A DNA stretch of 64,000 bases from an uncultured Gemmatimonadales bacterium (GTDB lineage: Bacteria > Gemmatimonadota > Gemmatimonadetes > Gemmatimonadales > GWC2-71-9): NCBI GenBank assembly GCA_963771275.1, contig CAVYSW010000003.1, positions 1,184,001 to 1,248,000 of the forward strand, in the 5' to 3' direction. Below, piece after piece: positions 21,043 through 31,603 of this stretch. Below the pieces are notes generated by a model. That model worked only from the letters and a program-made list of their open reading frames with translations, did not search any database and had not been told where the DNA came from. The stretch's first letter is position 1, and the number at the start of each line of letters is the position of its first letter. A program made the translations under genes and the position numbers.

Positions 21043-23082
21043 ATGCACGAGAGCCTGAAGCAGCGTCCTGTGTCGCGGCTGCCCGATCACGTCCGCCTCG
21101 CCGGGCGCGTGCTGTTTCTGGTGGATGACGCCGACCTGATCCGCCGCCAGCTGGCGGGGGAAGACCTCCCGATGCCACCCGGCGCGCCGCTACGCGACAA
21201 TATCTCGACGGATGAGATCACCCCGGCCTACATCTGCTATTACTACGACGAGACACTCGGAGACTTCCCGTATCTGGGTCTGCGGGCCGGCACCGAGTTC
21301 CCGATCACGCGTGGGAGCGTCCGACAGGGTGGGTTCGCCTGCTCGGTGGCGGGCAAGCGGCGCGGCAAGGGCTCGTCGCGGGAGCAGTCCCCATATGCGG
21401 AGATGTGCGCCGGCATCAAGCTCGTGATTGCGGAGAGCGTCGAGCGCATCTACCGGGAAAACTGTCAGAACCTCGGGGTGCTCACCAGCACGGATGTCGG
21501 CCTGGTCGAGCAGGTGCGGCGCGGCGCGGCGATCCCGCTGAGTGAGTTCACGCGGGGGGAAGGGGAGATCACCCGCGGGATCATCGAGTACGGCGGCCTG
21601 TTCCAGTACAACGTGGCCCGGCTGCAGGGGCGCGTCATGGTTCCGGGCGTCACCACCGGGCGCCGCCCGATGACGCTCGCCGAGAAGATCGTGGCGCGGC
21701 ACTGGGTGACGGACCTGGCCAACGACCGCGTGGGTGTGCCGTTCGTCCGACCCGGTGATGAGGGATTCGTTCGCACCGACATCCGGTTCAGCCACGAGTA
21801 CGTCACGCCGATGGCTGCGATCTTCTGGCGCGACTTCGTTGGCGCGGCGGAACAGATCGTCGATCCGGCGTCCGTGTTCCTGTTCCGCGACCACCTCACC
21901 TTTCTTGATCTCGCGATGACCGAGGAGCGGAAAGCCGAAGGGCTACTCGACGTTGCGCTGGAGCTCAAGAAGAAACAGGAGGAGTTCGCCGCGCAGCAGG
22001 GTGTACGGCTCTACGGGGAGCTCCCTCGGGCCCCGCAGGGTCGACTCGGCATTCCCACGGGATCCGAGGCGATCTGCCACTCGAAGATCCTCGAGGCGCA
22101 TGCGCTGCCGGGACAGATCATCATTGGCAGCGACTCGCATACGCCACATGCCGGCGCCGTCGGCGCGGTCGCCTTCGGGGTCGGGACGACCGCGATCTTC
22201 AACTCCTGGCTCACCAAGGACGTCCGCCTCAAGGTCCCGCCATCGGTGCTGATCAGCGTCACCGGCACACCACACCCGGGAATCACGGCCAAGGACTTCA
22301 TGCTGCAGATCCTGCGGCATCCGTACGTCAAGGACGGGCAGGCCATTGGCAAGATGGTCGAGTACGCCGGTGCGGCGGTCGAGGCGCTCTCGATCGACGA
22401 GCGTGCCACGATGACGAACATGGCGGCGGAGGTGGGCGCGTTCACGGGGCTCGTGCGTCCGGACGAGAAGACCGTCGCCTTCCTGGCGCAAGAGCGCGGT
22501 CTCGATCCGGGTGCGGTGCGCGCGATGCTCGATGGTCTGGCGTCCGATCCGGACGCGGAATACGAGAAGGTCATCGAGATCGACGCCGCGGCTCTGGAGC
22601 CGATGGTGGCGCTGCCCGGGGACCCCGGTAACGGCCTGTTCATCAGGGAGCTCGGGGCACCCGTCAAAGTCGACATTGCCTACGCCGGATCGTGCACCGC
22701 CGGCAAGAAGTCCGACATGGACATGTACGCGGCGGTGTTCCGGGACGCCCTCGCTCGCGGCTTGCGCATCCACCCCGACGTGCGGTGCTTCGTGCAGTGC
22801 GGGTCGCAGGAGGTGAAACGCTACTGCGAAGAGTCGGGATACCTCGACGTGTTCCGGAGCGTCGGCGCCGTGTTCGTCGAGCCCTCGTGTGGGGCGTGCA
22901 TCAACGCCGGGCCCGGTGTTTCCTACGATCGGGAAACCGTCACGATCAGCGCCATCAACCGCAACTTCCCGGGTCGGTCGGGACCGGGGCAGCTCTATCT
23001 CGCGAGCCCGTACACCACGGCGGCCAGTGCCATCGCGGGATCCATCGCGGCGTGGAGCCCGGCGGGCCCGAAGACGCGCTGA
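21043..23082 (+). CDS. Aconitase-superfamily dehydratase, LeuD-like swivel domain fused N-terminal to LeuC-like domain
   Basis: NISTDEITP and GSSRE in the N-terminus; DH, ICH, GSDSHT, NMAAE, GSCT, CGAC, NRNFPGR in the C-terminus. Confidence 0.88.
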   Translation: MHESLKQRPVSRLPDHVRLAGRVLFLVDDADLIRRQLAGEDLPMPPGAPLRDNISTDEITPAYICYYYDETLGDFPYLGLRAGTEFPITRGSVRQGGFACSVAGKRRGKGSSREQSPYAEMCAGIKLVIAESVERIYRENCQNLGVLTSTDVGLVEQVRRGAAIPLSEFTRGEGEITRGIIEYGGLFQYNVARLQGRVMVPGVTTGRRPMTLAEKIVARHWVTDLANDRVGVPFVRPGDEGFVRTDIRFSHEYVTPMAAIFWRDFVGAAEQIVDPASVFLFRDHLTFLDLAMTEERKAEGLLDVALELKKKQEEFAAQQGVRLYGELPRAPQGRLGIPTGSEAICHSKILEAHALPGQIIIGSDSHTPHAGAVGAVAFGVGTTAIFNSWLTKDVRLKVPPSVLISVTGTPHPGITAKDFMLQILRHPYVKDGQAIGKMVEYAGAAVEALSIDERATMTNMAAEVGAFTGLVRPDEKTVAFLAQERGLDPGAVRAMLDGLASDPDAEYEKVIEIDAAALEPMVALPGDPGNGLFIRELGAPVKVDIAYAGSCTAGKKSDMDMYAAVFRDALARGLRIHPDVRCFVQCGSQEVKRYCEESGYLDVFRSVGAVFVEPSCGACINAGPGVSYDRETVTISAINRNFPGRSGPGQLYLASPYTTAASAIAGSIAAWSPAGPKTR

Positions 23083-23109
23083 GTTTCGGAGGGGGCCGTC
23101 GGCCGCCCT

Positions 23110-23937
23110 TCAGGCCGCGACGAACCCCGCGTACGCCACGACACTCGAGTGGTCGCCCGTGACCTGGCCGGAGTGCCGATAGTCCACGAGGTGTGCGCGC
23201 GCGGCCCCGAGCAGGCGGGCGGCCTCGAGCATGACCGCCGCCGGCGCGCGCCCGCACATCGTGATGTTGTGACGGTGGCACGCATCGAGCAGCGACTGGC
23301 CATCGAGCTGCTCGATCGCGGCGAAGGCGATCCGGTCCTTCGTCGCCGCCCGATCGGCGTGCTCGTAATGGGTCATGTCGCTCGATGCCAGCAGGAACAC
23401 CCGCTGCGGCCAGCTGCGGACGAGCTCGGCAAGTGCCTCCGCCAGCGTACGGCAGCGGGGCCAATCGTCCCAGGCGAGCACGATCGGGACGATCGAGGCG
23501 GCGGTGCCAGACAGCTGGATGAAGGGGAGCTCAACCTCGACCGCGTGCTCTCCCATGTGGGCAAACGGGTCTGCCGTCGCGAGCGGGCAGCGTGCCGCCA
23601 GCGCCTCGCCGAACGCGGCGTTCACGGGCACCTCGCCGAGCGGGGTGGCGAACGCGCCGCGCGGCCAGACGCTGGCGCCGCCCGGAGCGCCGAGGTGGCC
23701 GGTGTGGTTCGGCGCGAGGATCACGATGACAGGTGGGAGCGCGACACGCTTGAAGACGTGAGCGGCGCACTGGCCGGAGTAGATCAGGCCGGCGTGTGGA
23801 ACCATCGCTCCTCGTGCGTCGTCGGGCTGTGCCTCGACGGCGGCGAGGAAGCCTGTTACCAGTTCGCGCAACTCCGTCGGACTCCGGGGATAGAACGACC
23901 CGGCGACGGCAGGGCGGCGGACTTCGGTGGGCGACAT
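23110..23937 (-). CDS. amrB: AmmeMemoRadiSam system protein B (MEMO1 family)
   Basis: RRPAVAGSFYP, PHAG..YSG, EHAVEVELPF, SSDMTHY, TMCG. Confidence 0.9.
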   Translation of the reverse strand: MSPTEVRRPAVAGSFYPRSPTELRELVTGFLAAVEAQPDDARGAMVPHAGLIYSGQCAAHVFKRVALPPVIVILAPNHTGHLGAPGGASVWPRGAFATPLGEVPVNAAFGEALAARCPLATADPFAHMGEHAVEVELPFIQLSGTAASIVPIVLAWDDWPRCRTLAEALAELVRSWPQRVFLLASSDMTHYEHADRAATKDRIAFAAIEQLDGQSLLDACHRHNITMCGRAPAAVMLEAARLLGAARAHLVDYRHSGQVTGDHSSVVAYAGFVAA

Positions 23938-24069
23938 GCGTGTCCTCCCAAGCTCCCCGACGTGATACTACGTCGCGTGACGGGAGGCAGCCAGGCGCGG
24001 GCGAAGGCACCGGGCTCGTCGTGCGGCCAGGACTTCCCCGACTTGTTGGAGGAGAAGCGGCTTCGGACG

Positions 24070-25320
24070 CTAGCGCCCCGGTCGGGCGGCCGGTGAGATG
24101 ACGGGTTCGGGGGTCGCGACGGGTGCAGGGACCGGCGGTGCTGAGGCGGTCCGGCGCAGCGCGGCGGCCGGGTAATTGCCGCTCGAGTTCCACAGGATCC
24201 AGTCGCTCAGGCCCAGCTGCTCGGAAGCCTCGATCTGGGCGCGGACCTCGGCGGCGCTGTATCGCACGCGGAAGATCGAGAACGACTGAAGGTAGGGTCG
24301 GATTCGCGCGGCGTTGGGCATCGCGCGCGAGCGTGCGATCGCGTCCTGGAGGGCCCGGCGCACGGTGACATACGGCTCGGCATTGGGGTGCGCGATGCCG
24401 TAGGAGCCTCTCCGGTAGTGGCTCGGGTAGACCATCGGCAGCACCACATCGGCAGCGCCCGAGAGATCTTCCCACACCTGCCCGATCCCGAGGTCGCCAT
24501 CGACACTCGTCGTGAGCCCGAAGACGTCGAGCGTGAACGGCACACCCAGCGCCGTAACGCGGTCGCGCAGCAAACCCACCTGGCGTCGAATCGCGGCCCG
24601 CTTGCTCTCCCCGTCGCGTCGCGCGGGGTAGACCGTGCGGCTCAGACGGGCCGGCGGCTCATCGGGAAACCGCACATAGTCGAACTGGACCTCGTCGAAC
24701 CCCAGCAGCACGGCCTCCTCAGCGAGCTGCGCGGAATAGACCCAGACCGAGTCGTGAAAGGCATCCACCCAGGGCTCGCCCAGACCGTCGATCCATAGCC
24801 CGCCCCGGGCGTCGTGGATGGCCCACTGTTGCTTGCCGCGTGCGAGAAGCGGGTCCCGCGCCACCACGATACGGGCGATCGCGTGGATACCGTGGTCGTG
24901 CAGCAGCCCGATCCGTTCGCGAACATCGCGCGCGCTCGGTGATCGGTTGGCGCCGATCTCGATGGCGGTCGGAACGGCAGACTGGTAGGTGATCTCCCCG
25001 GTGGCGTCCTTCACGTCGATCACGAACGCGTTGATCTCGGTCGTGTCCGCGAGGCTGATGAGATCGAAGAACTTCTGCCGGCCGAACACCCACCTGTTCA
25101 GGTAGATCCCCCGAACGACGGCGGGCGGCTGCCCTGGTGGCGGAGGCGGGAGCGCGATTCCCTCCGGACCGCGCGGCAACAGTTCCGCGAGGTAGTCCGG
25201 CCGTTGGGCGGCGTGGTACGCGTACGCGGGTACACGCAGCGTGTCGGGCTGCTGCGCGGCCAGCGGGGTCACGGCCGCCGACCAGGGCAGGCAGGCGATC
25301 CACCACGCCCGGGCGGCCAC
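24070..25320 (-). CDS. Secreted putative glycoside hydrolase (DUF4015-like)
   Basis: VIDVKDATG, IARIVV.RDP, GFDEVQFDYVRFP, PMVYPSHY; GTG 25320 directly after the M14 gene. Confidence 0.8.
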   Translation of the reverse strand: MAARAWWIACLPWSAAVTPLAAQQPDTLRVPAYAYHAAQRPDYLAELLPRGPEGIALPPPPPGQPPAVVRGIYLNRWVFGRQKFFDLISLADTTEINAFVIDVKDATGEITYQSAVPTAIEIGANRSPSARDVRERIGLLHDHGIHAIARIVVARDPLLARGKQQWAIHDARGGLWIDGLGEPWVDAFHDSVWVYSAQLAEEAVLLGFDEVQFDYVRFPDEPPARLSRTVYPARRDGESKRAAIRRQVGLLRDRVTALGVPFTLDVFGLTTSVDGDLGIGQVWEDLSGAADVVLPMVYPSHYRRGSYGIAHPNAEPYVTVRRALQDAIARSRAMPNAARIRPYLQSFSIFRVRYSAAEVRAQIEASEQLGLSDWILWNSSGNYPAAALRRTASAPPVPAPVATPEPVISPAARPGR

Positions 25321-25321
25321 G

Positions 25322-27658
25322 CTACCGGGTCTCCGTCCGCAAGGCATTGAACAGGAAAGGATACGTCGCCAGGGACTGGCCGCGGTACTGGGGGCGGAAA
25401 CCGAACAGCACGACGCGCCCCCGCCCGTAGGTGACCACCACGAGCGCCGGCCGCCCGGCCGCATGCTCGGGCCCGAGCACCCAGCCGGACAGCAGGACGT
25501 CCTGCGGACGGCTCGGGAACCGCGCGACGACCCGGGCGCGGGTGGTGTCGCGTACCTCGAAGAGCGGGCTCCGCTCGAACCAGGCGATCGACGAGGCCGG
25601 CATCCCGGCCGCGAGGGGGCTCCCCGTGTCGACTTCGATTCGGAAGATCGCGCCGGGAGCGAAGAACGCGTGGGGATCGAGCTCCCCGGCGACGTCGCGC
25701 ATGGGCAGATCCAAGGCCGTGATGGCCCAGGTCGACGCCCCGTCGAGCGTGACCAACGTGCCCCCGTCCCGCACGAAGGCGCGGAGCGCTGCAACTCCGC
25801 CGGTGCCGAGCCCACCCGTGTACGGGGCGGGATACGAGTCCGGCAGGCCTTCGATGATGTCACGCGCAGTCATGTCTGGGATGACGATCGCATCGAACCC
25901 GTCGCGCAGCCGCCCAGCGCGGATCACGGAATCCACCAGCGAGATGTAGGGCGCGTTCCAGGTATCCAAGACCCAGCGGGTCCAGCCCTCATCGATGGAC
26001 GCCGTGTAGCTGCGATACACGCCGATCCGGCGGTCGGCCCCCCGGATGGGGGGACGAGCGGTCAGTCCGGGGTAGGCGTACACCGGCGCCGGAATCTCCA
26101 CGGGATCGCTGAGTGCCACGCGGACGCTGTCTCGCACGCCGGTAACTTGCACCCCCATGAGCAACGGGAGTGTGTGCGCCGTCACATCGTAGGGTGGCTG
26201 CGGCGGACCGCCCGGATACTCGCGCAGGTCGGGATAGTGCTGCGGCTCGAGCAGCGCCTTGGCGAACGCGGCGTACGGCTGGCGCAACACGACCACATAG
26301 GTTCCCACTGGATAGCGGTGGCCGTCGGCCGTGAACTCGGTCGTCGCCGTGCGGATCTCGACCTGACCGCGCTCCAGAACGCGCAACATCGTGCGCAGGC
26401 CGGTCTCGGGCTGGCCCGAGGGGGGAATGAGGTATGCGTAGGGCCAGCCCCGCCACCCCTTGACGGCCCGCTCTCCGATCTCGAGGAAGTTGGTGAGCCA
26501 TTGGGTACGGTAGAGCGCCGCCTGCCGTAGCAGGGCAAACGCTGCGGAGGTCTGGTAATCCACGATGTCGGCGAGCGTCCACCTCCCGCCCGGCCACGGG
26601 GCGGGGAAGTTCCAGCTCGCGGTGCGGGCGTCGAAGCCGCGCCGGCCTTCCAGTTGATCGGGCGTCACCTCGATGGGGGTCGCCAGGCGGGCGCTGGCGG
26701 CCTCGGAGAGGATCCGCACGCCACCATGGTAGTGCTGGTAGGCACGCGCAGGGGTCCAGGCATCGTAGATCGAATGCACGAGGACGCCCGTCTTGCCCTG
26801 CCCGGCGAGCTCCCAGGCCACCGCCGTGCCCAGGGCGTCGACCCCGGCGACGATGAGAGGATCGACGTTGGGCTCGACGGGGTCGAGGTAGGGGGGCAGA
26901 AACAACCGGCTGCCGTAGGGGCCCTGCTGGTGAATGTCGTGCACGATGTGCGGGTGCCAGACATTGTGGAGTGAGTCCACAGTGAGCCGCGTCTCGACTT
27001 GGGTGAACGCATACCAGTCGCGGTTGTTGTCGTGCCCCACATAGGGATGGTACAGCTCCGGTGGGCTGGTCCCCTCCGCCGGCGTGCCCAGCGTGCGACC
27101 GTACCATCGACTCACGATGGTCACGCCGTCCGGGTTGAGCGTCGGAACGAGCAGCAGCACGGTCTGGTCGAGGATCGCCAGCACGTCCGGGTCCGACTGC
27201 GTCGCGAGGCGGTAGGCGAGCACGGCGGGCGTGAAATGCCCGCCGACCTCGGTGGAGTGCACGGACGAAGTGATGAGTACCACCGTCCGCGCATCGTGGA
27301 GCAGGCGAGCGCGCTCCGCGTCGGAGCCGATCCGGCGGGGATCGGCGAGCCTGGCGTTGATGTCCCGCAGGTCGTCGAGCCGCGCCAGGTTGGCGGGGCT
27401 CGAGATGATCAGCGCAAGGAACGGCGCACCGTTCGTGCTACGTCCGAGCTCCCGCAGCTCGACCCGGTCGCTGGCTGCGGCGAGCCGGCGGTAGTAGTCC
27501 ACGAGCACGGGCCACTCGACGAGCCGCCGATCGGTCCCGGGGGTGAATCCAAGCACGGACGCGGGAGTCGGCACGGCTTGCGCGTGCATGGGTGCCGGGA
27601 GGCACAGCACGGCACCGAGCAGCACCAGGCGGATGCCCCGGGATCGGCGGGGGGTCAT
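25322..27658 (-). CDS. Secreted M14 family zinc carboxypeptidase
   Basis: Signal peptide, HSTE, NPDG, DNNRD, DIHQ motifs. Confidence 0.88.
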   Translation of the reverse strand: MTPRRSRGIRLVLLGAVLCLPAPMHAQAVPTPASVLGFTPGTDRRLVEWPVLVDYYRRLAAASDRVELRELGRSTNGAPFLALIISSPANLARLDDLRDINARLADPRRIGSDAERARLLHDARTVVLITSSVHSTEVGGHFTPAVLAYRLATQSDPDVLAILDQTVLLLVPTLNPDGVTIVSRWYGRTLGTPAEGTSPPELYHPYVGHDNNRDWYAFTQVETRLTVDSLHNVWHPHIVHDIHQQGPYGSRLFLPPYLDPVEPNVDPLIVAGVDALGTAVAWELAGQGKTGVLVHSIYDAWTPARAYQHYHGGVRILSEAASARLATPIEVTPDQLEGRRGFDARTASWNFPAPWPGGRWTLADIVDYQTSAAFALLRQAALYRTQWLTNFLEIGERAVKGWRGWPYAYLIPPSGQPETGLRTMLRVLERGQVEIRTATTEFTADGHRYPVGTYVVVLRQPYAAFAKALLEPQHYPDLREYPGGPPQPPYDVTAHTLPLLMGVQVTGVRDSVRVALSDPVEIPAPVYAYPGLTARPPIRGADRRIGVYRSYTASIDEGWTRWVLDTWNAPYISLVDSVIRAGRLRDGFDAIVIPDMTARDIIEGLPDSYPAPYTGGLGTGGVAALRAFVRDGGTLVTLDGASTWAITALDLPMRDVAGELDPHAFFAPGAIFRIEVDTGSPLAAGMPASSIAWFERSPLFEVRDTTRARVVARFPSRPQDVLLSGWVLGPEHAAGRPALVVVTYGRGRVVLFGFRPQYRGQSLATYPFLFNALRTETR

Positions 27659-27681
27659 GGCAGTGGGTCCTTGCTCTGCTC

Positions 27682-29103
27682 TCAGCGTGACCAGACGCGA
27701 GGCGTGACGCCGCCGGGGACGGCTCCGCCCACCAGGGTAGCGCGCTCGACGCCGCCAGCGTCCCAGAGCGGCGGGCCCGCCGATAGCCAGACGGGGTGCC
27801 CCGTGAGGTCGGCGACACTGGGCGGCGGGAGCGGCTGAAACGGGCCCAGGACTCCGCTGGAATCCAGGACGGCGTACTCGGACTCGACAGGCGAAGGCAT
27901 GCCCATGTAGACGCCGCCGACGACCACAATGGCGTCATCCAGCACGAACGCGGCGTGGCGCGAGCGCGGCTGCGCCAGCGCCGTCGGCAGCACCGTCCAG
28001 GCCGAGTCGAGGAACGCCCCGGTCTTGGGGCTCAGCCTGATTGCCAGCACCGTGGAAGAGAGCGCGGTCGAATCCGCCACCGTATCCGGCCTCACGAGCC
28101 CGCGCTCGCCGCCCAGCACGTAGAGCGTGTTGCCCGCCACAACCGCGGCCGCGAACGCCAGCCCGTCGGGCAGCGACGGGCCGGAGAACCAGCCGCTCAG
28201 CCCGCCCGCCGGCTGCACGCTGGCAGTGAGCACCGACCGCGCAGCCAGCGAGTCCGTCCCGAAGCCCCCGATCACGTAGAGGTTTCCGAAAGCGGCAACC
28301 GCTGCGACGCCGGCGCGCGGAACGGGCAGGACGGTCAGCGGCGTCCATAGGGTGTACCCGCCCGACGCCGTGAGGCCGATACCGAGGACGTCGGTGAGCA
28401 CCGCCCCGCTGCTGTCCATGCCGCCGATCTGGTACGCGATGCCGTCGTAGGCTGAGAAGCGCGAGTTCATGCGGTGCACGCCCAGCAGCGCATGCAGGCG
28501 GCGGCCGCGCGGCGTGATCGAATCCGGAGCGCCGCGCCACTCCGTGACGAGTCCCTCCGGACTGGCGAAGCCCAGGTACGTCGAGTCATCGAGTGAGCCG
28601 TCTGCGCGGCGCCCGCCGACCACGACGACCAGCGCGTGGAGCGCGTCACCCGTGGGGAACCGCAGCGCGGCGGCGGCAGCCCCCGCGAGCGCCTCCGGAA
28701 GCGCCGCAGCCTCGACCCACGACCGCGCGCCGGGCAGAAACGTCGTGCGCGGCCGGACGAACAGGTCGATCGGGCCGAGCGTGTCCCGGTCGATGACCAC
28801 GTAGGACGGCCCCGACCGCACGTCCGCGGGGAGCACCGCCGCGATGGCGTCGTCGGTCCACTCGACGACCTCGGCCTGGAGGGCCCCGGGGCCCCCCGAC
28901 ACCAGCACAGTCCCGGCGACCGCGTCGGCACCGAACCCGACGCCGGTCCAGAACGCCGTGTCTCCAGCATAGACGGCGGGGGCGGTGGCACCATTGATGG
29001 CGAGCAAGGTCGGGGCGGTGACGATGGGCGAAGCCGTGCCGCCGCACGCCACCGCCAGCGCGCTCACGACAAACAGCGGGGCGATTCTGCTGTGCTCACG
29101 CAT
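27682..29103 (-). CDS. Lipoprotein with IPT/TIG-like domain and kelch-type repeats
   Basis: Lipobox LAVAC; repeated LYVIGG/LYVLGG/IVVVGG plus Trp kelch blades. Confidence 0.78.
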   Translation of the reverse strand: MREHSRIAPLFVVSALAVACGGTASPIVTAPTLLAINGATAPAVYAGDTAFWTGVGFGADAVAGTVLVSGGPGALQAEVVEWTDDAIAAVLPADVRSGPSYVVIDRDTLGPIDLFVRPRTTFLPGARSWVEAAALPEALAGAAAAALRFPTGDALHALVVVVGGRRADGSLDDSTYLGFASPEGLVTEWRGAPDSITPRGRRLHALLGVHRMNSRFSAYDGIAYQIGGMDSSGAVLTDVLGIGLTASGGYTLWTPLTVLPVPRAGVAAVAAFGNLYVIGGFGTDSLAARSVLTASVQPAGGLSGWFSGPSLPDGLAFAAAVVAGNTLYVLGGERGLVRPDTVADSTALSSTVLAIRLSPKTGAFLDSAWTVLPTALAQPRSRHAAFVLDDAIVVVGGVYMGMPSPVESEYAVLDSSGVLGPFQPLPPPSVADLTGHPVWLSAGPPLWDAGGVERATLVGGAVPGGVTPRVWSR

Positions 29104-29134
29104 CGAGAGACCGTGCGGCGACGGACGCGGGCGG

Positions 29135-31354
29135 TCAGGCCCCGGCGTCACGGCGGATGAACCGGACGCTCGCGGTGAGGCGCTGGGCGACCTCCGACAG
29201 CTCCTGCGCGCCATGCTCGAGGTCTTCGACTGCGTGCTGTTGCTCGGCCGCTTCGCGGGCGACCTCCGCGGCCTCGCCGGCAGATCGGACGGCCGCTTCC
29301 TGCGCTTGGGTAAGCATCGTCGTGGCGGCATCGGCGAGCTCGAGGCTGGCGCGCGGCGCCGCCGCAATGCGCTCGCCCGCGCGGCGCGTCTCCTCGGCGG
29401 CCTCCATGATGACCGACAGGTCATCGCGCCACCGCTGGGACATCGCGGCAAGCTGCTCGAGCCGCTGACTGATCTCCTCGAGGATGTGCGCCGCCCGGTC
29501 GAGCACCCGGCGTGTGGCCTGGGCGCCCCGGCTCATGCTGTGCGCCGCCTGCGCGCTCTCCTCGGCCAGCTTCCGCACCTCGTCGGCCACGACCGCGAAC
29601 CCCCGCCCGTGGACGCCGGCGCGGGCGGCCTCGATCGTGGCGTTGAGCGCCAGCAGGTTGGTCTGGTTGGCGATCGTCGCGATCGTGTCGGCGAAGCGCT
29701 CGACTTCCTGCGACGCGTCCCGCAGCCCCGCCACCTCGGTGGCGCCCTGCCCGATGTTCGTCCCGAGCTCGGTCAGCTGCTCGGCGGCATCGGCGCTCGC
29801 GTTGCGGACCTCGATCACGCGCTCCGCCATCGTGTGCGTCGCCGTGCGCGTGTGGTCGGCCGCGGCCACCATGGTGCGCGCTCCGTCCACGAGGCGCTGC
29901 AGCTCGGCCGCGGCCTCGCTCACCCGCTTGGCCGCCAGTTGCGCCTCGGCCTCGGCGGCGGCGGCCCGCTGCGCGACGTCGGCGGCGTTCGTCCGGATGC
30001 CCGCGGTCGCGGCGGCGAGCCGCTGCGTGTAGGCAGTGGTCTGGTCGGACGAGTCCGCGACGGGGCGGACCAGGGAGCTGAGGGCGAGGGACAGAGCCAG
30101 CTGCGGCGCCAGCAGGTTGAGCAGGTCCCCGTCCGCCGGCCGGTAGATGCCGGCATCGCGGTGCCGCACGCTCCAAACCCCCACGAGGTCGGCGCCATGG
30201 AGCAGCGGCAGCACGATCTCGGAGCCCACCGGCTCGCCGTCGCCGAGCATCGCGCGGGAATCCGAGACGTCCGCCAGGGCGGGGGCCTGGGTGCGCACCG
30301 CCCGCGCGGTGACGCCCAGGTCGGCGCGGAAGCTCCGCCCGGCCGGCAGCCGCGTGTCCGCGAGCAGCTCGACCATCTGCGTCGGCCCGTCGAAGCGGGC
30401 GAAGCCCATGTCGGTCCAGGGAACGAGGTGGTGCGTCAGCTGCCGGACGCGCGCGAAGCTACGCTCGATGCTCACCTCGGCGGCGACGGCGCCCGCGAGG
30501 CGATGGACCTGATGCAGCTCGTCGGCGCGCACGGCGGCCGCGATCACCCAGTAGGTGAGCAGGAAAGCACCAAACAGGACGGCACCGACGGCGGCGGCGC
30601 TGCCCAGCGGCAGGCTGGCGGCATCGATGCCGCTCCACCCCAGCGCGAAGGCGACCGACGCCGCGTAGACGACCAGCTCCCAGCGGAGCGTCAACCGGGC
30701 GTCGCGCCACTCGAACATGCCCTGCAGGGCGAGCTCAAGGTAGAACGTGCCGTTGACCACCACCCAGAGCAGGACCGTCAGCATCGCGAGCGGACCGAGG
30801 TTCGCGGCGGTGAGGACCGCCGCACCGACCCCGCCCCCCATGGTTTCGTACAGCAGTCCCGTGATCGCCGTGCCGAACGCGAGGTGCGAGGCGACCACGA
30901 ACACCGTCGCGGGCCGGAGGCGACGCAGCGCGAGGTCGCCGATCGAGAGGCCGACGACGGCGGCGAGGACGGCGAAGGCCCAGCCGAAGATCAGCTGCGC
31001 CGCCAGCACCACCCCGAGGACAAACGAGGCGAACCCTTTCCCGGGGAGGGCGATGCCGAAGCGCCGGGTCAGCGCGCCTGCGCACGCGAACAGGGCGAAC
31101 TGCAAGAGCAGCGCGCCGGTGCCGCCCGCGGGACCGCTCGCCACCACGCTGACGGCGGTGGCGACCGCGGTGACGGCGCCGATGACCACCGCGGCGCGGA
31201 GGAAACCGGCGCGACGGGCCCGGTTGGTAGGAAGATCCGGTATCGGTAGCTCGCGGTCGTGCGTGCGGCGGGAATGTTGTCTGTTGAAAGGAAATGTGCA
31301 AGCCGCGCGACGTGGCGGTCGGCGGGAGGCGCACGTAACTTCGGGCATTCCCAT
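29135..31354 (-). CDS. Methyl-accepting chemotaxis protein with multi-TM N-terminus and GAF domain (start uncertain)
   Basis: [36 protein letters not shown] hairpin signature; GAF-like segment; about 7-8 TM helices. Confidence 0.88.
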   Translation of the reverse strand: MGMPEVTCASRRPPRRAACTFPFNRQHSRRTHDRELPIPDLPTNRARRAGFLRAAVVIGAVTAVATAVSVVASGPAGGTGALLLQFALFACAGALTRRFGIALPGKGFASFVLGVVLAAQLIFGWAFAVLAAVVGLSIGDLALRRLRPATVFVVASHLAFGTAITGLLYETMGGGVGAAVLTAANLGPLAMLTVLLWVVVNGTFYLELALQGMFEWRDARLTLRWELVVYAASVAFALGWSGIDAASLPLGSAAAVGAVLFGAFLLTYWVIAAAVRADELHQVHRLAGAVAAEVSIERSFARVRQLTHHLVPWTDMGFARFDGPTQMVELLADTRLPAGRSFRADLGVTARAVRTQAPALADVSDSRAMLGDGEPVGSEIVLPLLHGADLVGVWSVRHRDAGIYRPADGDLLNLLAPQLALSLALSSLVRPVADSSDQTTAYTQRLAAATAGIRTNAADVAQRAAAAEAEAQLAAKRVSEAAAELQRLVDGARTMVAAADHTRTATHTMAERVIEVRNASADAAEQLTELGTNIGQGATEVAGLRDASQEVERFADTIATIANQTNLLALNATIEAARAGVHGRGFAVVADEVRKLAEESAQAAHSMSRGAQATRRVLDRAAHILEEISQRLEQLAAMSQRWRDDLSVIMEAAEETRRAGERIAAAPRASLELADAATTMLTQAQEAAVRSAGEAAEVAREAAEQQHAVEDLEHGAQELSEVAQRLTASVRFIRRDAGA

Positions 31355-31368
31355 TCCGGAGCCGCGCG

Positions 31369-31602
31369 ATGCGCATCGGAATCCAATACTGCGTGGTCTG
31401 AAATTACTACCCGCGCGCCGCCGGTCTGGCGGCGGAACTGCGCGCGCGGTTTCCGGAGGCCACGGTCAAGCTGATCGAGTCTTCCGGTGGCGCGTTCGAG
31501 GTCACGGTCGATGGCGTCCCCGTGTTCTCGAAACTCCGGCTGGGGCGGCACCCGGACGAAGGCGAAGTCGTTCGCAACGTCCTACAACATCGAGGTCGGT
31601 GA
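31369..31602 (+). CDS. SelW/SelT/SelH (Rdx family) selenoprotein, 77 aa, CxxU
   Basis: Manual translation [11 protein letters not shown](TGA 31399)[50 protein letters not shown] downstream of the TGA. Confidence 0.92.
31411..31449 (+). promoter_or_regulatory. Bacterial SECIS element
   Basis: GCCGCC-GGTCT-GGCGGC apical hairpin with loop 21 nt after the TGA, plus CCGCGCG/CGCGCGG lower stem. Confidence 0.8.
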
Positions 31603-31603
31603 C

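Noticed and set aside
23110..23937. Complete AmmeMemoRadiSam system using the radical SAM at 56203
   Set aside because: That radical SAM is SPL-like and 32 kb away; no AMMECR1 gene in the window
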